From contig JBEPZZ010000005.1 in assembly GCA_041640575.1 (NCBI GenBank), forward strand, positions 1-64,000: a stretch of 64,000 nucleotides of DNA, in the 5' to 3' direction. The position numbers and the translations under genes were made by a program. The notes beneath the pieces are model-generated. The model was not told the origin of the DNA. It was given only the letters and a program-made list of their open reading frames with translations, and searched no databases. Each line of letters begins with the position of its first letter. The stretch's first letter is position 1. Shown here in pieces: positions 1 to 12,075 of this stretch. Source of the DNA: Pseudothermotoga sp. Its GTDB lineage: Bacteria; Thermotogota; Thermotogae; Thermotogales; DSM-5069.

Positions 1-3
1 TGT

Positions 4-31
4 AAAAAAAGCCGGAGCATTTCGCCCCGGC
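4..31 (-). terminator. Intrinsic terminator of the aminotransferase-buk-ptb-vor operon
   Basis: Minus strand GCCGGGGC-GAAAT-GCTCCGGC followed by T7, about 20 nt after the stop at 53. Confidence 0.8.
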
Positions 32-52
32 CAATGGGTGGGTTTATCTATC

Positions 53-592
53 TTATCCGCCTACGTGCCTAGATCCTTCGTGAATTGCTTTAATATTCAG
101 TTCGATAATCTGAGAGCCTCTTCCAGTAAGTTTGTACTTCATTGCCTCAACAACGGAATCAAGATCAACACATTTTGTAACCTGCACAACCGCACCAAGC
201 ATAACCATGTTTGCCACTCTTACATTTCCGAGTTTTTCGGCTATATCGTTCACCGGTATCTCGAAGATTTGAATGTCTTTTCTCGTTGGTTTTCTGTCCA
301 CGACAGAAGAATTTATAAACAAGAATCCATTTGTTTTCACCTTAGGTTCGAATTTGAGTAATGAAGGAATGTTCATTGCGACAACCTCAAGTGGATTTTC
401 AACAACAGGGGATGCGACAACTTCGTCGCTAACTACAACAGTGCAGTTTGCTGTGCCACCTCTCATTTCCGGGCCATAGGATGGGAACCACGTAACATGT
501 TTACCTTCAATCATTCCAGCCTGAGCTAGAATCTGTCCCATCAACATTACACCTTGCCCACCAAAACCGGCAAAGACAAAGCTGTGTGTCAT
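53..592 (-). CDS. 2-oxoacid:ferredoxin oxidoreductase gamma subunit (VOR-type)
   Basis: AGFGGQG and [12 protein letters not shown] motifs; last gene of the oxidoreductase cluster. Confidence 0.9.
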   Translation of the reverse strand: MTHSFVFAGFGGQGVMLMGQILAQAGMIEGKHVTWFPSYGPEMRGGTANCTVVVSDEVVASPVVENPLEVVAMNIPSLLKFEPKVKTNGFLFINSSVVDRKPTRKDIQIFEIPVNDIAEKLGNVRVANMVMLGAVVQVTKCVDLDSVVEAMKYKLTGRGSQIIELNIKAIHEGSRHVGG

Positions 593-1350
593 TTTTCATC
601 ACCTACTTTGTCTACGAAAACACCAAGCGGATATTCACGAGTCATGTTTTCCTCAAGCCACTTCATGGAGCTTATTGGATCCATACCCCAGTTTGTTGGA
701 CAAGTTGACAGAACTTCTACAAGGCTATATCCCAAACCTTTTAGCTGAGCAAGAAAAGCTTTCTTGATGTATTTCTTTGTCAGATTAACATCTCTGGGAG
801 TCGTCACTTTAGTCCTTGCCAGGAATGCTACACCTTTCAACTCTTTTAGCACCTCACAAACGTGGATTGGGTAACCTTCTTTCTCAGGAGCTCTCCCATA
901 AGGCGTTGTTGTTGTCTTCATTCCGAGCAATGTTGTCGGTGCCATCTGCCCACCAGTCATACCATAAATAGCGTTGTTGATGAAAATCGTCGTTATTTTC
1001 TCGCCTCTGTTAGCTGCATGAATGGTTTCACTTGTTCCAATTGCTGCAAGATCTCCATCGCCTTGATAGGTAAAAACAACTAAATCCGGTCGAGCTCTCT
1101 TCATACCCGTAGCAACTGCTGCTGCTCTTCCATGCGGTGCAACGGTTCCATCCAGATTGAAAAACTCATAAGCAAAAACGGAACAACCAACTGGGGCAAC
1201 TATAATTGTTTTCTCTCTTATTCCAATCTCGTCAATTACTTCTGCTATTAGACGATGAACGATACCGTGGTGACAACCTGGACAATATGTAAATGGCTTT
1301 CCACTCAAGGATAACGGTGTTTTGTAAACTACCGCATAATTCATTTTCAA
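589..1350 (-). CDS. 2-oxoacid:ferredoxin oxidoreductase beta (TPP-binding) subunit, VOR-type
   Basis: [15 protein letters not shown] motif, [21 protein letters not shown]. Confidence 0.92.
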   Translation of the reverse strand: MKMNYAVVYKTPLSLSGKPFTYCPGCHHGIVHRLIAEVIDEIGIREKTIIVAPVGCSVFAYEFFNLDGTVAPHGRAAAVATGMKRARPDLVVFTYQGDGDLAAIGTSETIHAANRGEKITTIFINNAIYGMTGGQMAPTTLLGMKTTTTPYGRAPEKEGYPIHVCEVLKELKGVAFLARTKVTTPRDVNLTKKYIKKAFLAQLKGLGYSLVEVLSTCPTNWGMDPISSMKWLEENMTREYPLGVFVDKVGDEK

Positions 1351-2405
1351 CGCCTCCCCATAAGAATCAGGGTCTTCAGATGCTTGAAAATTTCCTCTGG
1401 TGTCGGCACGACTCCTGCCATTCTGCCGTAAAACTCGACTTTTGCTTTTCCAGCAACCGCAAGATTCACGTCTTCAAGCATCTGACCAGAACTCATCTCA
1501 ACAGTTAAAACAAGGGACATCCTTTCAGCAAGTCTTGTTAGTGGATCGTAAGGATATGGATAAAGTGTGATAGGTCTGAATAATCCAACTTTTAATCCTT
1601 CTTCACGTGCCATTTTGACAACACTTTTTGCTATCCTTGCGACGGTACCATATGCAACAAGCAGGATTTCTGCATCATTCGTCATAACTTCTTCCCAGCG
1701 AATTTCATTTTGTTCAATCTTTCTGTACTTTTCCTGGAGTTTCAGGTTCATCTTTTCCAGTTCATGTGGATCGATGTTGAAAGATGTTACTTGCCTTGGT
1801 GGCCTTCCAGCTGCACCAGTTAAAGCCCAGCTATCGTTATCGTACGATGCTTCAAAGTCTGGAAATTCAACCGGTTCCATCATCTGACCAATCAAACCAT
1901 CAACTAATATCAAGACAGGATTTCTGTACTTATCAGCTAAGTCAAAACCATGTATTGTCAGATCCACAGCTTCTTGAACTGTAGAAGGTCCAAGCACAAT
2001 TAACCTATAATCTCCATGCCCGCCGCCTTTTGTTGCTTGGAAGTAATCGCCTTGGGATGGTTGAATATCTCCCAAACCAGGTCCTCCACGCATAACATTT
2101 ACAAAAACCGCCGGTAGTTGCGCGCACGCTATATAGGAAATCCCTTCTTGCATCAAGCTGAATCCAGGTGAAGAAGTGGAAGTCATAACCCTCTTTCCAA
2201 CTGCGGACGTTCCGTAAACCATGTTTACAGCCGCAACTTCGCTCTCAGCTTGCAGGAATACTCCTCCTACCTCTGGAAGTCTTTTTGCCATATACTCCGT
2301 CAACTCGTTTTGCGGTGTTATTGGATAACCAAAATAGTTTCTGCATCCAGCTTTTATAGCCGCTTCACCTATTGCTTCAACACCCTTCATCATTATTTTC
2401 TTCAT
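1347..2405 (-). CDS. vorB: 2-oxoisovalerate (3-methyl-2-oxobutanoate):ferredoxin oxidoreductase alpha subunit
   Basis: [33 protein letters not shown]; start moved to ATG 2405 behind a GAGGTGA SD. Confidence 0.88.
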   Translation of the reverse strand: MKKIMMKGVEAIGEAAIKAGCRNYFGYPITPQNELTEYMAKRLPEVGGVFLQAESEVAAVNMVYGTSAVGKRVMTSTSSPGFSLMQEGISYIACAQLPAVFVNVMRGGPGLGDIQPSQGDYFQATKGGGHGDYRLIVLGPSTVQEAVDLTIHGFDLADKYRNPVLILVDGLIGQMMEPVEFPDFEASYDNDSWALTGAAGRPPRQVTSFNIDPHELEKMNLKLQEKYRKIEQNEIRWEEVMTNDAEILLVAYGTVARIAKSVVKMAREEGLKVGLFRPITLYPYPYDPLTRLAERMSLVLTVEMSSGQMLEDVNLAVAGKAKVEFYGRMAGVVPTPEEIFKHLKTLILMGRR

Positions 2406-2410
2406 CTCGA

Positions 2411-2634
2411 TCACCTCACTTGTGCAAGTCTGTAAACTGTTATGCATGTGTCTGGACACATCATGTAACAAAAACCGCATCCTGGGCATTTTTCTTCAGG
2501 ATCATACTGTTCAGCATAGTGATAACCTTTCGAATTAAACGCTACAGAGAAGCGGATAATTTTCTGCGGGCAAGCATTGATGCAAAGGCCACAACCTTTA
2601 CATCTTTCTGAATCAATTTCAATGTAAGCTTTCT

Positions 2635-2638
<4 letters not shown>
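2411..2638 (-). CDS. 2[4Fe-4S] ferredoxin-like delta subunit
   Basis: CKGCGLCINACP and CPGCGFCYMMCP motifs. Confidence 0.9.
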
Positions 2639-4376
<1,738 letters not shown>

Positions 4377-5261
4377 TCACGACACCAAACAGGCAAGAGC
4401 AATTGAATACAGTTTTGTTTCGTCTGAGTCAGCTCTGGAAGTTAAAACAACCGGAAGTCGAGCTCCCAGAATAACGGATGCAACTTTTGCATTTGCCAAA
4501 AAGACCATCGCCTTGTAGAAAATATTTCCGGCTTCTATATCTGGCATGATCAATATATCGGCATCCCCAGCCACAGGACTAACAATTCCTTTGTGTGCAG
4601 CAGCTTCAGATGAAATCGCGTTGTCAAGAGCAAAAGGCCCATCAACCAAACAACCTTTGATTTGACCCCTATCGTTCATTTTGCTCAGAACTGCTGCTTC
4701 TAAAGTTGCCTGCATTTTCGGATTCGGAACTTCTATAGCTCCTAAAACCGCCACCTTAGGTTGCTTTACACCTAGTTTGCTCATTACCTTAACAGCCATG
4801 TTTATCATGTCTACTTTCTGGTCTAAAGTTGGCGCGATAATCATGCCAGCGTCAGAGATAGCCAAAAGTTTATGGTAAGCTGGTATGTCAAAAACACTTA
4901 CAAGTGTTATCGTAGACCCCGTTCTCAATCCAAACTCTTCTTGTAAAACAACTTTCATCAGATCGCCTGTTTTGACAGCTCCTTTCATGAGCAAATCACC
5001 AGATTTAGACGCAATTTCGACAGCAGTTTCAACCGATTTGTTACTGTCAGCATCAATCAACTCACATTTCGACAGATCTAGGCTAACTTCATTTGCCAAG
5101 TGCTTAATTTTCTCAGCAGGACCAACAAGGATTGGGGCAACCATTTCATATTTTTCAGCAGCTTTTATCGCACTTAAAACAACATCATCATTTGCAGCTG
5201 CAACAACGAGTTTCTTCTTCATTCCGGCCGCTTTTTTCAACAGCGATTCGAGTCGACTCAT
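4377..5261 (-). CDS. ptb: Phosphate butyryltransferase
   Basis: LMKG, DGPFALDNAIS, GNIFYK, LTSRAD; between two buk genes; start at ATG 5261. Confidence 0.92.
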   Translation of the reverse strand: MSRLESLLKKAAGMKKKLVVAAANDDVVLSAIKAAEKYEMVAPILVGPAEKIKHLANEVSLDLSKCELIDADSNKSVETAVEIASKSGDLLMKGAVKTGDLMKVVLQEEFGLRTGSTITLVSVFDIPAYHKLLAISDAGMIIAPTLDQKVDMINMAVKVMSKLGVKQPKVAVLGAIEVPNPKMQATLEAAVLSKMNDRGQIKGCLVDGPFALDNAISSEAAAHKGIVSPVAGDADILIMPDIEAGNIFYKAMVFLANAKVASVILGARLPVVLTSRADSDETKLYSIALACLVS

Positions 5262-5263
5262 CG

Positions 5264-6328
5264 TCAACCACCCCATCTCTTTGCCATTTCTACGCCCTTT
5301 AGAACTCTAAGAGCCCCAAGTGCTAGCGCTTCAAGTTCAAATTCACCGGGCACAACAAAGACAGGAGCAAATTTGTATACATAACTCTTTATCATTTCTG
5401 TGAATTCTTCACTGTGAGCCATTCCACCAGTGATAAGTATTCCATCTACTTGTCCGCACAAAATGGCGCACATACCGCAAATTTCTTTTGCTATTTGATA
5501 CGCCATTGCTTCGACAATAAGCTTTGGATAACTTTCAGTTTTAGCTTTTTTCAAAGCCTCCCTTAGATCATTTGTGCCAAGATACGCTGTTAATCCACCT
5601 TTACCAACGTATCTTTTTTTCAGTTCTTCTTTAGTGTATTTTCCGCTGAAACACATTCTTACAACATCGCCAACTGGTAATTCACCTGTTCTCTCCGGGC
5701 TAAAAGGTCCCTCGTCATTTGCATTGTTAACGTCAATTATTCTGCCTTCTTTTACTGCTGCAATTGATATACCGCCGCCGAGATGAGCCACGACGAAATT
5801 CAGCTGCTTAATGTCTTTTTCTAGCATTTTCGCCACTTTTCTGCAAACAGCTTTTATATTCAAAGCGTGTGAAAGGCTTTTACGCTCTATTTCTGGTATT
5901 CCGGAAAAACGCGCCTCTGGCGCCATTTCATCCACCGAGACTGGGTCGGTTATGTAAACAGGAATTTTGCCTTGGGAAATTTCGAAACCAATTATTGCTG
6001 CCAAATTTGAAACATGCTTTACCGGTGATTTGTATCTCAGATACTCAATCATTCTTTCATCAACAAGATATGTTCCGCTTTCAAGAGGTGGCAATATTCC
6101 ACCACGAGCTGCTATTGCATCAAAGTCTTCGACATCGTAATTACTTTTCTTCAAAGCAATTAGGATGTTGTCTTTCCTAAGTGCGTATTGATCTATGATG
6201 TCAGGGTACCTCTCAAGGTCCTGTACAGAATGTTCAACTTTTTCAGCAAAAACACACTCTTCGTCTTCATAAACAGCAATTTTCGTAGATGTAGAACCCG
6301 GGTTGATAACCAGAATTCTGTACATCAT
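5264..6328 (-). CDS. buk: Butyrate kinase, second paralog
   Basis: [43 protein letters not shown]. Confidence 0.93.
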   Translation of the reverse strand: MMYRILVINPGSTSTKIAVYEDEECVFAEKVEHSVQDLERYPDIIDQYALRKDNILIALKKSNYDVEDFDAIAARGGILPPLESGTYLVDERMIEYLRYKSPVKHVSNLAAIIGFEISQGKIPVYITDPVSVDEMAPEARFSGIPEIERKSLSHALNIKAVCRKVAKMLEKDIKQLNFVVAHLGGGISIAAVKEGRIIDVNNANDEGPFSPERTGELPVGDVVRMCFSGKYTKEELKKRYVGKGGLTAYLGTNDLREALKKAKTESYPKLIVEAMAYQIAKEICGMCAILCGQVDGILITGGMAHSEEFTEMIKSYVYKFAPVFVVPGEFELEALALGALRVLKGVEMAKRWGG

Positions 6329-7572
6329 TTCAACCCCTTATACGCTTTATAGGCTAGGAAAGCTTCCTTCAACTTTCTGACGCCTTCCGATATCTTTTCG
6401 AATGGTGGTAAACAGAAGGACATTCTCATAGAAGGTGACGGATCATCGTATGGTCTGAACGCTTGGCCTGGTATGTAGAAAACCTTTCGTTCCTCAGCAA
6501 ATTTGAACATTTCCATTGTATCGTAGATTTCCGGAAGGCTCATCCAAATGAAAAGGCCACCCTCAGGTTTCGTCCACCTTGCACCAGGTACATCGCCAAA
6601 GTTTTCTTCCAAAGCTTTAAGCATGATATCCCTTTTCTTTCGGTAAAGTTCTATAGCTGGTTTTATCTGTTCTAAGACATCATACCTTTCCAAATACCTT
6701 GCAGTTAATCTCATAGTTAAAGATGGACCACAAAGATCAGTACTTTGTTTTGCTAAGACAAGCTTTCTGATTATTGCTTTGTCGGCAATAACTACACCTA
6801 TTCTCATTCCTGGGCAGAGTATTTTACTGAAAGTATTTAGAAGTATTACGCGTTCTGTGCCTCCAAGCTTCATTAAGGATGGTATGTGCTGCCCCTCGAA
6901 CCTCAGAACTCCATATGGATCATCTTCAACAATGAGCAAATCATATTTTTCTGCCAGCTCAATCAGAGTTTTTCTTTTTTCAAATGACGTTGTAATACCA
7001 GATGGGTTTTGGAAGTTTGAAACTAGATATATGAACTTAAGTCTCTTTAACTCGCCAATTGCATCGAGTCTTTTTATTTGTTTCTCCATTTGGTTCATAT
7101 CTGGTCCATCTTCCTCAAACCGAACGACCAAAAACCGTGGGTCTCTCATTCGAAATGCTCCAATAGCACCCAGATATTCGGGATCGCCAACAATGAGGTA
7201 ATCTCCTGGATCAAGAAAGATTTTTCCCAAAAGTTCAAGAGCTTGCTGCGATCCGACTGTTATAAGAACATTTTCCGGCTTAAGACCTTCTATTTTATAA
7301 ACTCGGTTCAACAGCACCAATACTTGCTTTATGAGTTCGGGATCTCCCTCGGTAGTGGCGTACTGAAGGGTGTATTTGTACTCCTTTTGCAGTATCTCTG
7401 AAGCAATTTGCGCTAATTCATTTCGCGGGAAGGTTTCAGGATCGGGTGTACCGCCACCAAATGAGATGGCATCTGGCAGACTGGCATACTTTAAAAGTTC
7501 TCTGATCATTGAAGCCTTGAGCCTGCTAGCTAGTTGAGAAAAGTTATGAGTTTTCTCGTCAGTAAATTCCAA
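6325..7572 (-). CDS. PLP-dependent class I/II aminotransferase (aromatic/branched-chain/2-aminoadipate type)
   Basis: ISFGGG, NFQNPSG, EDDPYG, TFSKILCPGMRIG; likely TTG start at 7572 after a GGGGTGA SD (ORF track uses GTG 7581). Confidence 0.9.
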   Translation of the reverse strand: MEFTDEKTHNFSQLASRLKASMIRELLKYASLPDAISFGGGTPDPETFPRNELAQIASEILQKEYKYTLQYATTEGDPELIKQVLVLLNRVYKIEGLKPENVLITVGSQQALELLGKIFLDPGDYLIVGDPEYLGAIGAFRMRDPRFLVVRFEEDGPDMNQMEKQIKRLDAIGELKRLKFIYLVSNFQNPSGITTSFEKRKTLIELAEKYDLLIVEDDPYGVLRFEGQHIPSLMKLGGTERVILLNTFSKILCPGMRIGVVIADKAIIRKLVLAKQSTDLCGPSLTMRLTARYLERYDVLEQIKPAIELYRKKRDIMLKALEENFGDVPGARWTKPEGGLFIWMSLPEIYDTMEMFKFAEERKVFYIPGQAFRPYDDPSPSMRMSFCLPPFEKISEGVRKLKEAFLAYKAYKGLK

Positions 7573-7595
7573 AGTGATCACCCCATCAAATATAT

Positions 7596-7611
7596 ATCAA
7601 ATTCGTGCCAA
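7596..7611 (-). promoter_or_regulatory. Possible sigma54-like -24/-12 element
   Basis: TTGGCACGAATTTGAT: strong -24 box, but the -12 reads GA and the spacing is one base shorter than GG-N10-GC. Confidence 0.35.
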
Positions 7612-7660
7612 CCAAACCAAATATCTGTTTTTTCGGTTACCAAGTAGAAAAACCTTGTTT

Positions 7661-7705
7661 TGCAAAGAGTTGCACGGTGCAACTTTTTGCATGCAAATTA
7701 TTGCA
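7661..7705. promoter_or_regulatory. Three tandem palindromic operator sites TGCAA-N4-TTGCA
   Basis: TGCAAAGAGTTGCA (7661-7674), TGCAACTTTTTGCA (7678-7691), TGCAAATTATTGCA (7692-7705) in the divergent intergenic region. Confidence 0.7.
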
Positions 7706-7782
7706 GTAGTTATCATCAAACCGTCATGTACCAAAAGGTGTTAAACTTAATCTAGAATAATTCCTAAACGGGAGGGATTGTT

Positions 7783-8928
7783 GTGCTTAAAAAGAATTAC
7801 ATAATGGCGCCTGGCCCGACACCAGTGCCAATTGATGTTCTGCTCGCTGGAGCTAAGGAAACCATCCACCACAGAACCCCACAGTTCCTGAAGATCATAG
7901 AACAAACGCTGGATGAGGCAAAATATCTCTTTCAGACATCAAACAGGGTTTATGTTTTCGTCTCTTCAGGTACCGGCGCTATGGAAGCAGCTGTTACAAA
8001 CCTGGTAAACCCCGGTGAAAAAGCGATTGTTGTTGTTGCTGGAAAATTTGGGGAAAGATGGAAGGAAATCTGCCAAGCGTACGGAATAAACGTTGTTGAA
8101 ATAGCCCTAGAGTGGGGCGATTGTGTAACACCCGAGCACATCGAAAAAGCTATGAAAGAACATCCGGATGCGAAAGTTATTTTTACAACACATAGCGAGA
8201 CATCAACGGGAACCGTCATCGATCTGGAGGCAATTGCTAAACTCACTAAGAACACCGACAAAGTCTTGGTAACAGATGAGGTCAGTGGTTTGCTGGCAGA
8301 ACCTTTGAAAATGGACGAATGGGGAGTGGATGTAGTTGTCAGCGGATCACAAAAAGGAATTATGATGCCACCTGGGCTTGGATTTATTACCTTAAGCAAA
8401 AAAGCGTGGGAATTAGTTGTAAAGAATAAATGTCCAAAGTACTATTACGATCTGAGATATTACGATGAAAACTATCCAGATAACCCTTGGACTCCGGCTG
8501 TGAACATGATTTACATGTTGAATCAAAGCATCAAAATGATAAAAGAAGAAGGAATTGAAAATGTTTGGAATAGGCATCGAATACTCGGTGAAGCAACAAG
8601 AAGTGCGGTGAAAGCACTTGGATTACAGCTATTCTCAAAAAGACCTGGTAATGTAACTACAGCGATTTTGACACCCCAAGGCATTGATCCAAAGAAAGTT
8701 ACAAAGATTATGAGAGATAAATATGGCGTAACAATCGCGGGTGGACAAGAACATCTTGCTAGCAAGATCTTTAGGATTGCTCACCTTGGGTATGTCTCTA
8801 TGTTTGATACTATTACCGCTATAAGTGCTCTTGAATTCACACTGCATGAACTTGGATACCCTGTACAGTTTGGAAAAGGTGTTGCAGCAGCGATGGAGGT
8901 CTTCAATCGTGAGGGGGTAGCTGGATGA
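7783..8928 (+). CDS. Class V aminotransferase (serine-pyruvate / alanine-glyoxylate family)
   Basis: [45 protein letters not shown]. Confidence 0.92.
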   Translation: MLKKNYIMAPGPTPVPIDVLLAGAKETIHHRTPQFLKIIEQTLDEAKYLFQTSNRVYVFVSSGTGAMEAAVTNLVNPGEKAIVVVAGKFGERWKEICQAYGINVVEIALEWGDCVTPEHIEKAMKEHPDAKVIFTTHSETSTGTVIDLEAIAKLTKNTDKVLVTDEVSGLLAEPLKMDEWGVDVVVSGSQKGIMMPPGLGFITLSKKAWELVVKNKCPKYYYDLRYYDENYPDNPWTPAVNMIYMLNQSIKMIKEEGIENVWNRHRILGEATRSAVKALGLQLFSKRPGNVTTAILTPQGIDPKKVTKIMRDKYGVTIAGGQEHLASKIFRIAHLGYVSMFDTITAISALEFTLHELGYPVQFGKGVAAAMEVFNREGVAG

Positions 8929-9836
8929 TAAGAGTTCATATAAATGATCCTTTGGATCAAGAAGCAACGAATCTGTTAACATCAAAAACTCAACTAAATG
9001 TTACGAGCGAACATCTTGAAAAGGACAAACTGCTTCAAATCATGCCAGAAATTGAAGTATTGGTTGTTAGAAGTGCAACAAAAGTTACAAAGGAAATTAT
9101 AGAGAAAGGTACAAAGCTCAGAATAATAGGAAGAGCAGGTGTAGGACTTGATAACATCGATGTCAATACAGCAAAAGAAAAGGGTATAAAAATCTTGAAC
9201 ACTCCCGGCGCTAGTGCTATTTCTGTCGCTGAATTAACATTTGGACTTATGCTTAGCGCAGCTCGACATATTGCACGAGGTACAATGGATTTGAAATCTG
9301 GTTTATGGACAAAAAAGGAACTTGAGGGAGTAGAGCTTTATGGGAAAACTCTTGGAATAATTGGGCTTGGAGTCATAGGTAAAGAAGTGGCAAAGCGAGC
9401 TGTCGCATTTGGAATGAATGTACTAGCTTATGATCCTTATGTAAAAAGCTTTGAATTTGCAAAGATGACAGGGCTGAATGAACTATTGGCAAACTCAGAT
9501 TTCATAACCCTTCACGTACCACTAACGGATGAAACAAAGCATTTGATAAATAAAGAAACCATCGCTAAAATGAAAGATAACGTAATCATTGTAAATGCAT
9601 CACGCGGAGGAGTTATTGACGAAGAAGCTCTGTATGAAGCTTTAAAATCAAGAAAAATTTATGCTGCAGCGTTAGATGTCTTTGAAATAGAACCACCCCA
9701 AGATGAACTAAGGAAAAAACTTCTACAACTCCCGAATGTGCTCGGAACACCACATATCGGTGCTTCAACGGTAGAAGCACAACAAAGAGTTGGAAAAGAA
9801 TTGGTAGAGAAAATTCTTAAGGAATTAAATATTTAA
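8925..9836 (+). CDS. D-2-hydroxyacid dehydrogenase (hydroxypyruvate reductase / SerA-like, no ACT domain)
   Basis: [41 protein letters not shown] overlap with upstream gene. Confidence 0.9.
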   Translation: MIRVHINDPLDQEATNLLTSKTQLNVTSEHLEKDKLLQIMPEIEVLVVRSATKVTKEIIEKGTKLRIIGRAGVGLDNIDVNTAKEKGIKILNTPGASAISVAELTFGLMLSAARHIARGTMDLKSGLWTKKELEGVELYGKTLGIIGLGVIGKEVAKRAVAFGMNVLAYDPYVKSFEFAKMTGLNELLANSDFITLHVPLTDETKHLINKETIAKMKDNVIIVNASRGGVIDEEALYEALKSRKIYAAALDVFEIEPPQDELRKKLLQLPNVLGTPHIGASTVEAQQRVGKELVEKILKELNI

Positions 9837-9848
9837 GATCCTCAGGAC

Positions 9849-9876
9849 AAAAAGGGGCAATTTTTGCCCCTTTTTT
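9849..9876 (+). terminator. Bidirectional intrinsic terminator
   Basis: AAAAAGGGGCAA-TTT-TTGCCCCTTTTTT. Confidence 0.88.
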
Positions 9877-10124
9877 ATTTGTCAATGCTGACAAGTTTTT
9901 TGAACATAACTTTGAGTAGGAGCTAAAAAATAGTTTCACCAAAAGCTGTTTTAAGCAATACAAGCGGTGTAACCAATGCTCCGTTCCCTCTAGTAATCAA
10001 CCCAGGTATTGAACTCAAGCATAAGTATTACCCAAACCGTGAACTGTTTTTCTAAAAAATTAGTAAAATAAAGCTAAATTGAGAGTTTACGTACTTCTCA
10101 AAAAGAACTTAAGGGGGGAGTTAT

Positions 10125-10690
10125 ATGAAAAGAGTGTCTTCCAAACTCTTTTTTATTTTTTTGACTACTATGCTGTTAACTAGTTGTTCACTAACCCCAC
10201 AACCGGCAAAAGTTGTCAAGGATTTCTTTAAAGCAGTGCAAGAAAGCAACTATCAGAAAGCTGAAAAATACACAGACAACATCGCAATAGGAGAACTTGA
10301 TTCCGACGATGAATACCAGAAGAAACTCTTAAAAGCAATAAATTCCAAACTAAGATATGAGATTCTATCCACAGAAAGCAAAGTAAATCAAGCAACTGTA
10401 AAAGTAAAAGTCATGATACTGGATTTACCACAGATATTATCTGATCAATGTCTGAGCTGATGAGCAAAGCTTTTCTGGAAGCTCTTTCCGGTAATTCGGC
10501 AAATTTAGATGAAAATCTGTTTTTCAAGCATCTTTTGGATAGTATATCTGATCCCAAAGCACCGGTGACTGCAAGGGAAGTTGACTTAAAACTTATCAAG
10601 AAAAAAAGTACTTGGTATATCCAAGCAAACGACGACTTGATGTATGTATTGTCCGGTGGTTTGTGGGAGTTGAAAGAACTGCTAGAATAA
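10125..10690 (+). pseudogene. Lipoprotein (DUF4878-like) split by a single-base frameshift near 10445
   Basis: Lipobox LLTS-C, strong SD; ORFs 10125-10460 and 10448-10690 overlap in different frames and read as one ~188-aa protein. Confidence 0.7.
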
Positions 10691-11367
10691 CTACACAATC
10701 ACTTAGGTTTTTCCCAAAATGTGTATTCTTGAAAACCTGAAATAAGTGAGTTTCAAAAATACAGAGCTGAAACTACACCGTGAACTTGGTGAAAAAGTGA
10801 GAACCAATAGCTAATAGAAAGGACGATTTCACGTTTCTTTGGCAAAAAAGAGATGCCGGAAACTTTGATTGAGACTTTAAACACTCAAGGTTTTTCTGCA
10901 TTAATGCTGCTTTTATCTTTTATCAAAAACCGCGTTTCATTGATGAGTCATAGATGATTTGAAGCATCACTGTGGAGATCAAAAATATGCTTGGATCCCG
11001 ACATTAAACATGTAGCAAAACGTTTATCTAGATAAGTGAAATGATACAAAATGTTCCTGAAAACAGTTGCAAGCAACTAGCTCACAGACATCTATCAGTT
11101 TTATCTGTCAGAAGATCAACTTAGGGTTCGAAAAATTGACAAAATAACACCAACTCAAAGAGTCCTAACAGTCAAAAAAGCTTGCTTACTAAGAAACAAA
11201 TAGCCTGCCACTAAACTTCAAGCGTTATCAAAATCAGAAGGATACTGTAATTATCTTAAAAGCAAGCTCTTACAGAATCAGAAATAACTTTACGCGTAAT
11301 TTTTAATCGAAGACATTGAGAAAGCTTGAGTGTGGAAGATCTTTCAAACAGTCATACATTTAAAGTG

Positions 11368-11392
11368 AAAAAGGGGCGATTGTATCGCCCCT
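11368..11392 (-). terminator. Intrinsic terminator ending the long por/pnc/pdx run
   Basis: AGGGGCGAT-ACA-ATCGCCCCT plus T-tract on the minus strand, 5 nt after the stop at 11398. Confidence 0.85.
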
Positions 11393-11397
11393 AACTT

Positions 11398-12075
11398 TTA
11401 TGCTAGCACTATCTTTCGTCCGATTTGTAGTGCCTTCTGACCAGCTTGTTCAAGTCTAAAAAGTAAGTCAGCAGAATCGTTTGTTTGATTATCTACCTGA
11501 CAGATGGAGAAGATCACATCTGGAAAGGCCGCTAAGCCTTTGACTTTACTCCTTTCAACTCGACGCAGCAGTCTTGTGGCAAAGATTTTAGCACCTTCCA
11601 CAGACGTATAAGGCAAAAACACCAGTAGTGAACCTGGCTGGAGCAAAATCACTTTGTCTGAGATTCTCATTTGATTTCTTGCATACTTGTAAACAGTCTG
11701 AGTCGCCAGAATTGAATCCGACAGAATTTGGATAAGAATGACCGATGAAGGAATCCCATATCTTTGTGATTTATAAAGTTCCTCATTCAAGAATCCTTGA
11801 ACACTACATTTTGAATAAACATAACAGTGAACAAGTCTGATTTTCATGATGTAATATTCTAACGTTTGGTTTGGCAAGATCACATCAATAACATTTTCCA
11901 AAGATCTGGGCGGCTCTGAAGAAACAATTACAGTCTCTAGCAACGGATGTACAGAATCTCCCAAATAGATATCAGCGATGTTTTCATCAGAAGTGGGTAT
12001 TCCAGAACACAAAGAAATAGCTTGAATCAGTTTTTCTCTCGTTTCTCCCTCAGGCAGATCTACGTACACTATCAT
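11398..12075 (-). CDS. Degenerate GGDEF-domain protein
   Basis: EELYKSQRYG...RISD-KVILL-QPGSL-LVFLPYT..EGA...RL matches the diguanylate cyclase fold pattern without the GG(D/E)EF motif. Confidence 0.65.
   Translation of the reverse strand: MIVYVDLPEGETREKLIQAISLCSGIPTSDENIADIYLGDSVHPLLETVIVSSEPPRSLENVIDVILPNQTLEYYIMKIRLVHCYVYSKCSVQGFLNEELYKSQRYGIPSSVILIQILSDSILATQTVYKYARNQMRISDKVILLQPGSLLVFLPYTSVEGAKIFATRLLRRVERSKVKGLAAFPDVIFSICQVDNQTNDSADLLFRLEQAGQKALQIGRKIVLA

Noticed and set aside
9880..10030. Short minus-strand frame (LSSIPGLITRGNGALVTPLVLLK) resembling a membrane protein fragment
   Set aside because: Too short, no SD, similarity cannot be supported without a search
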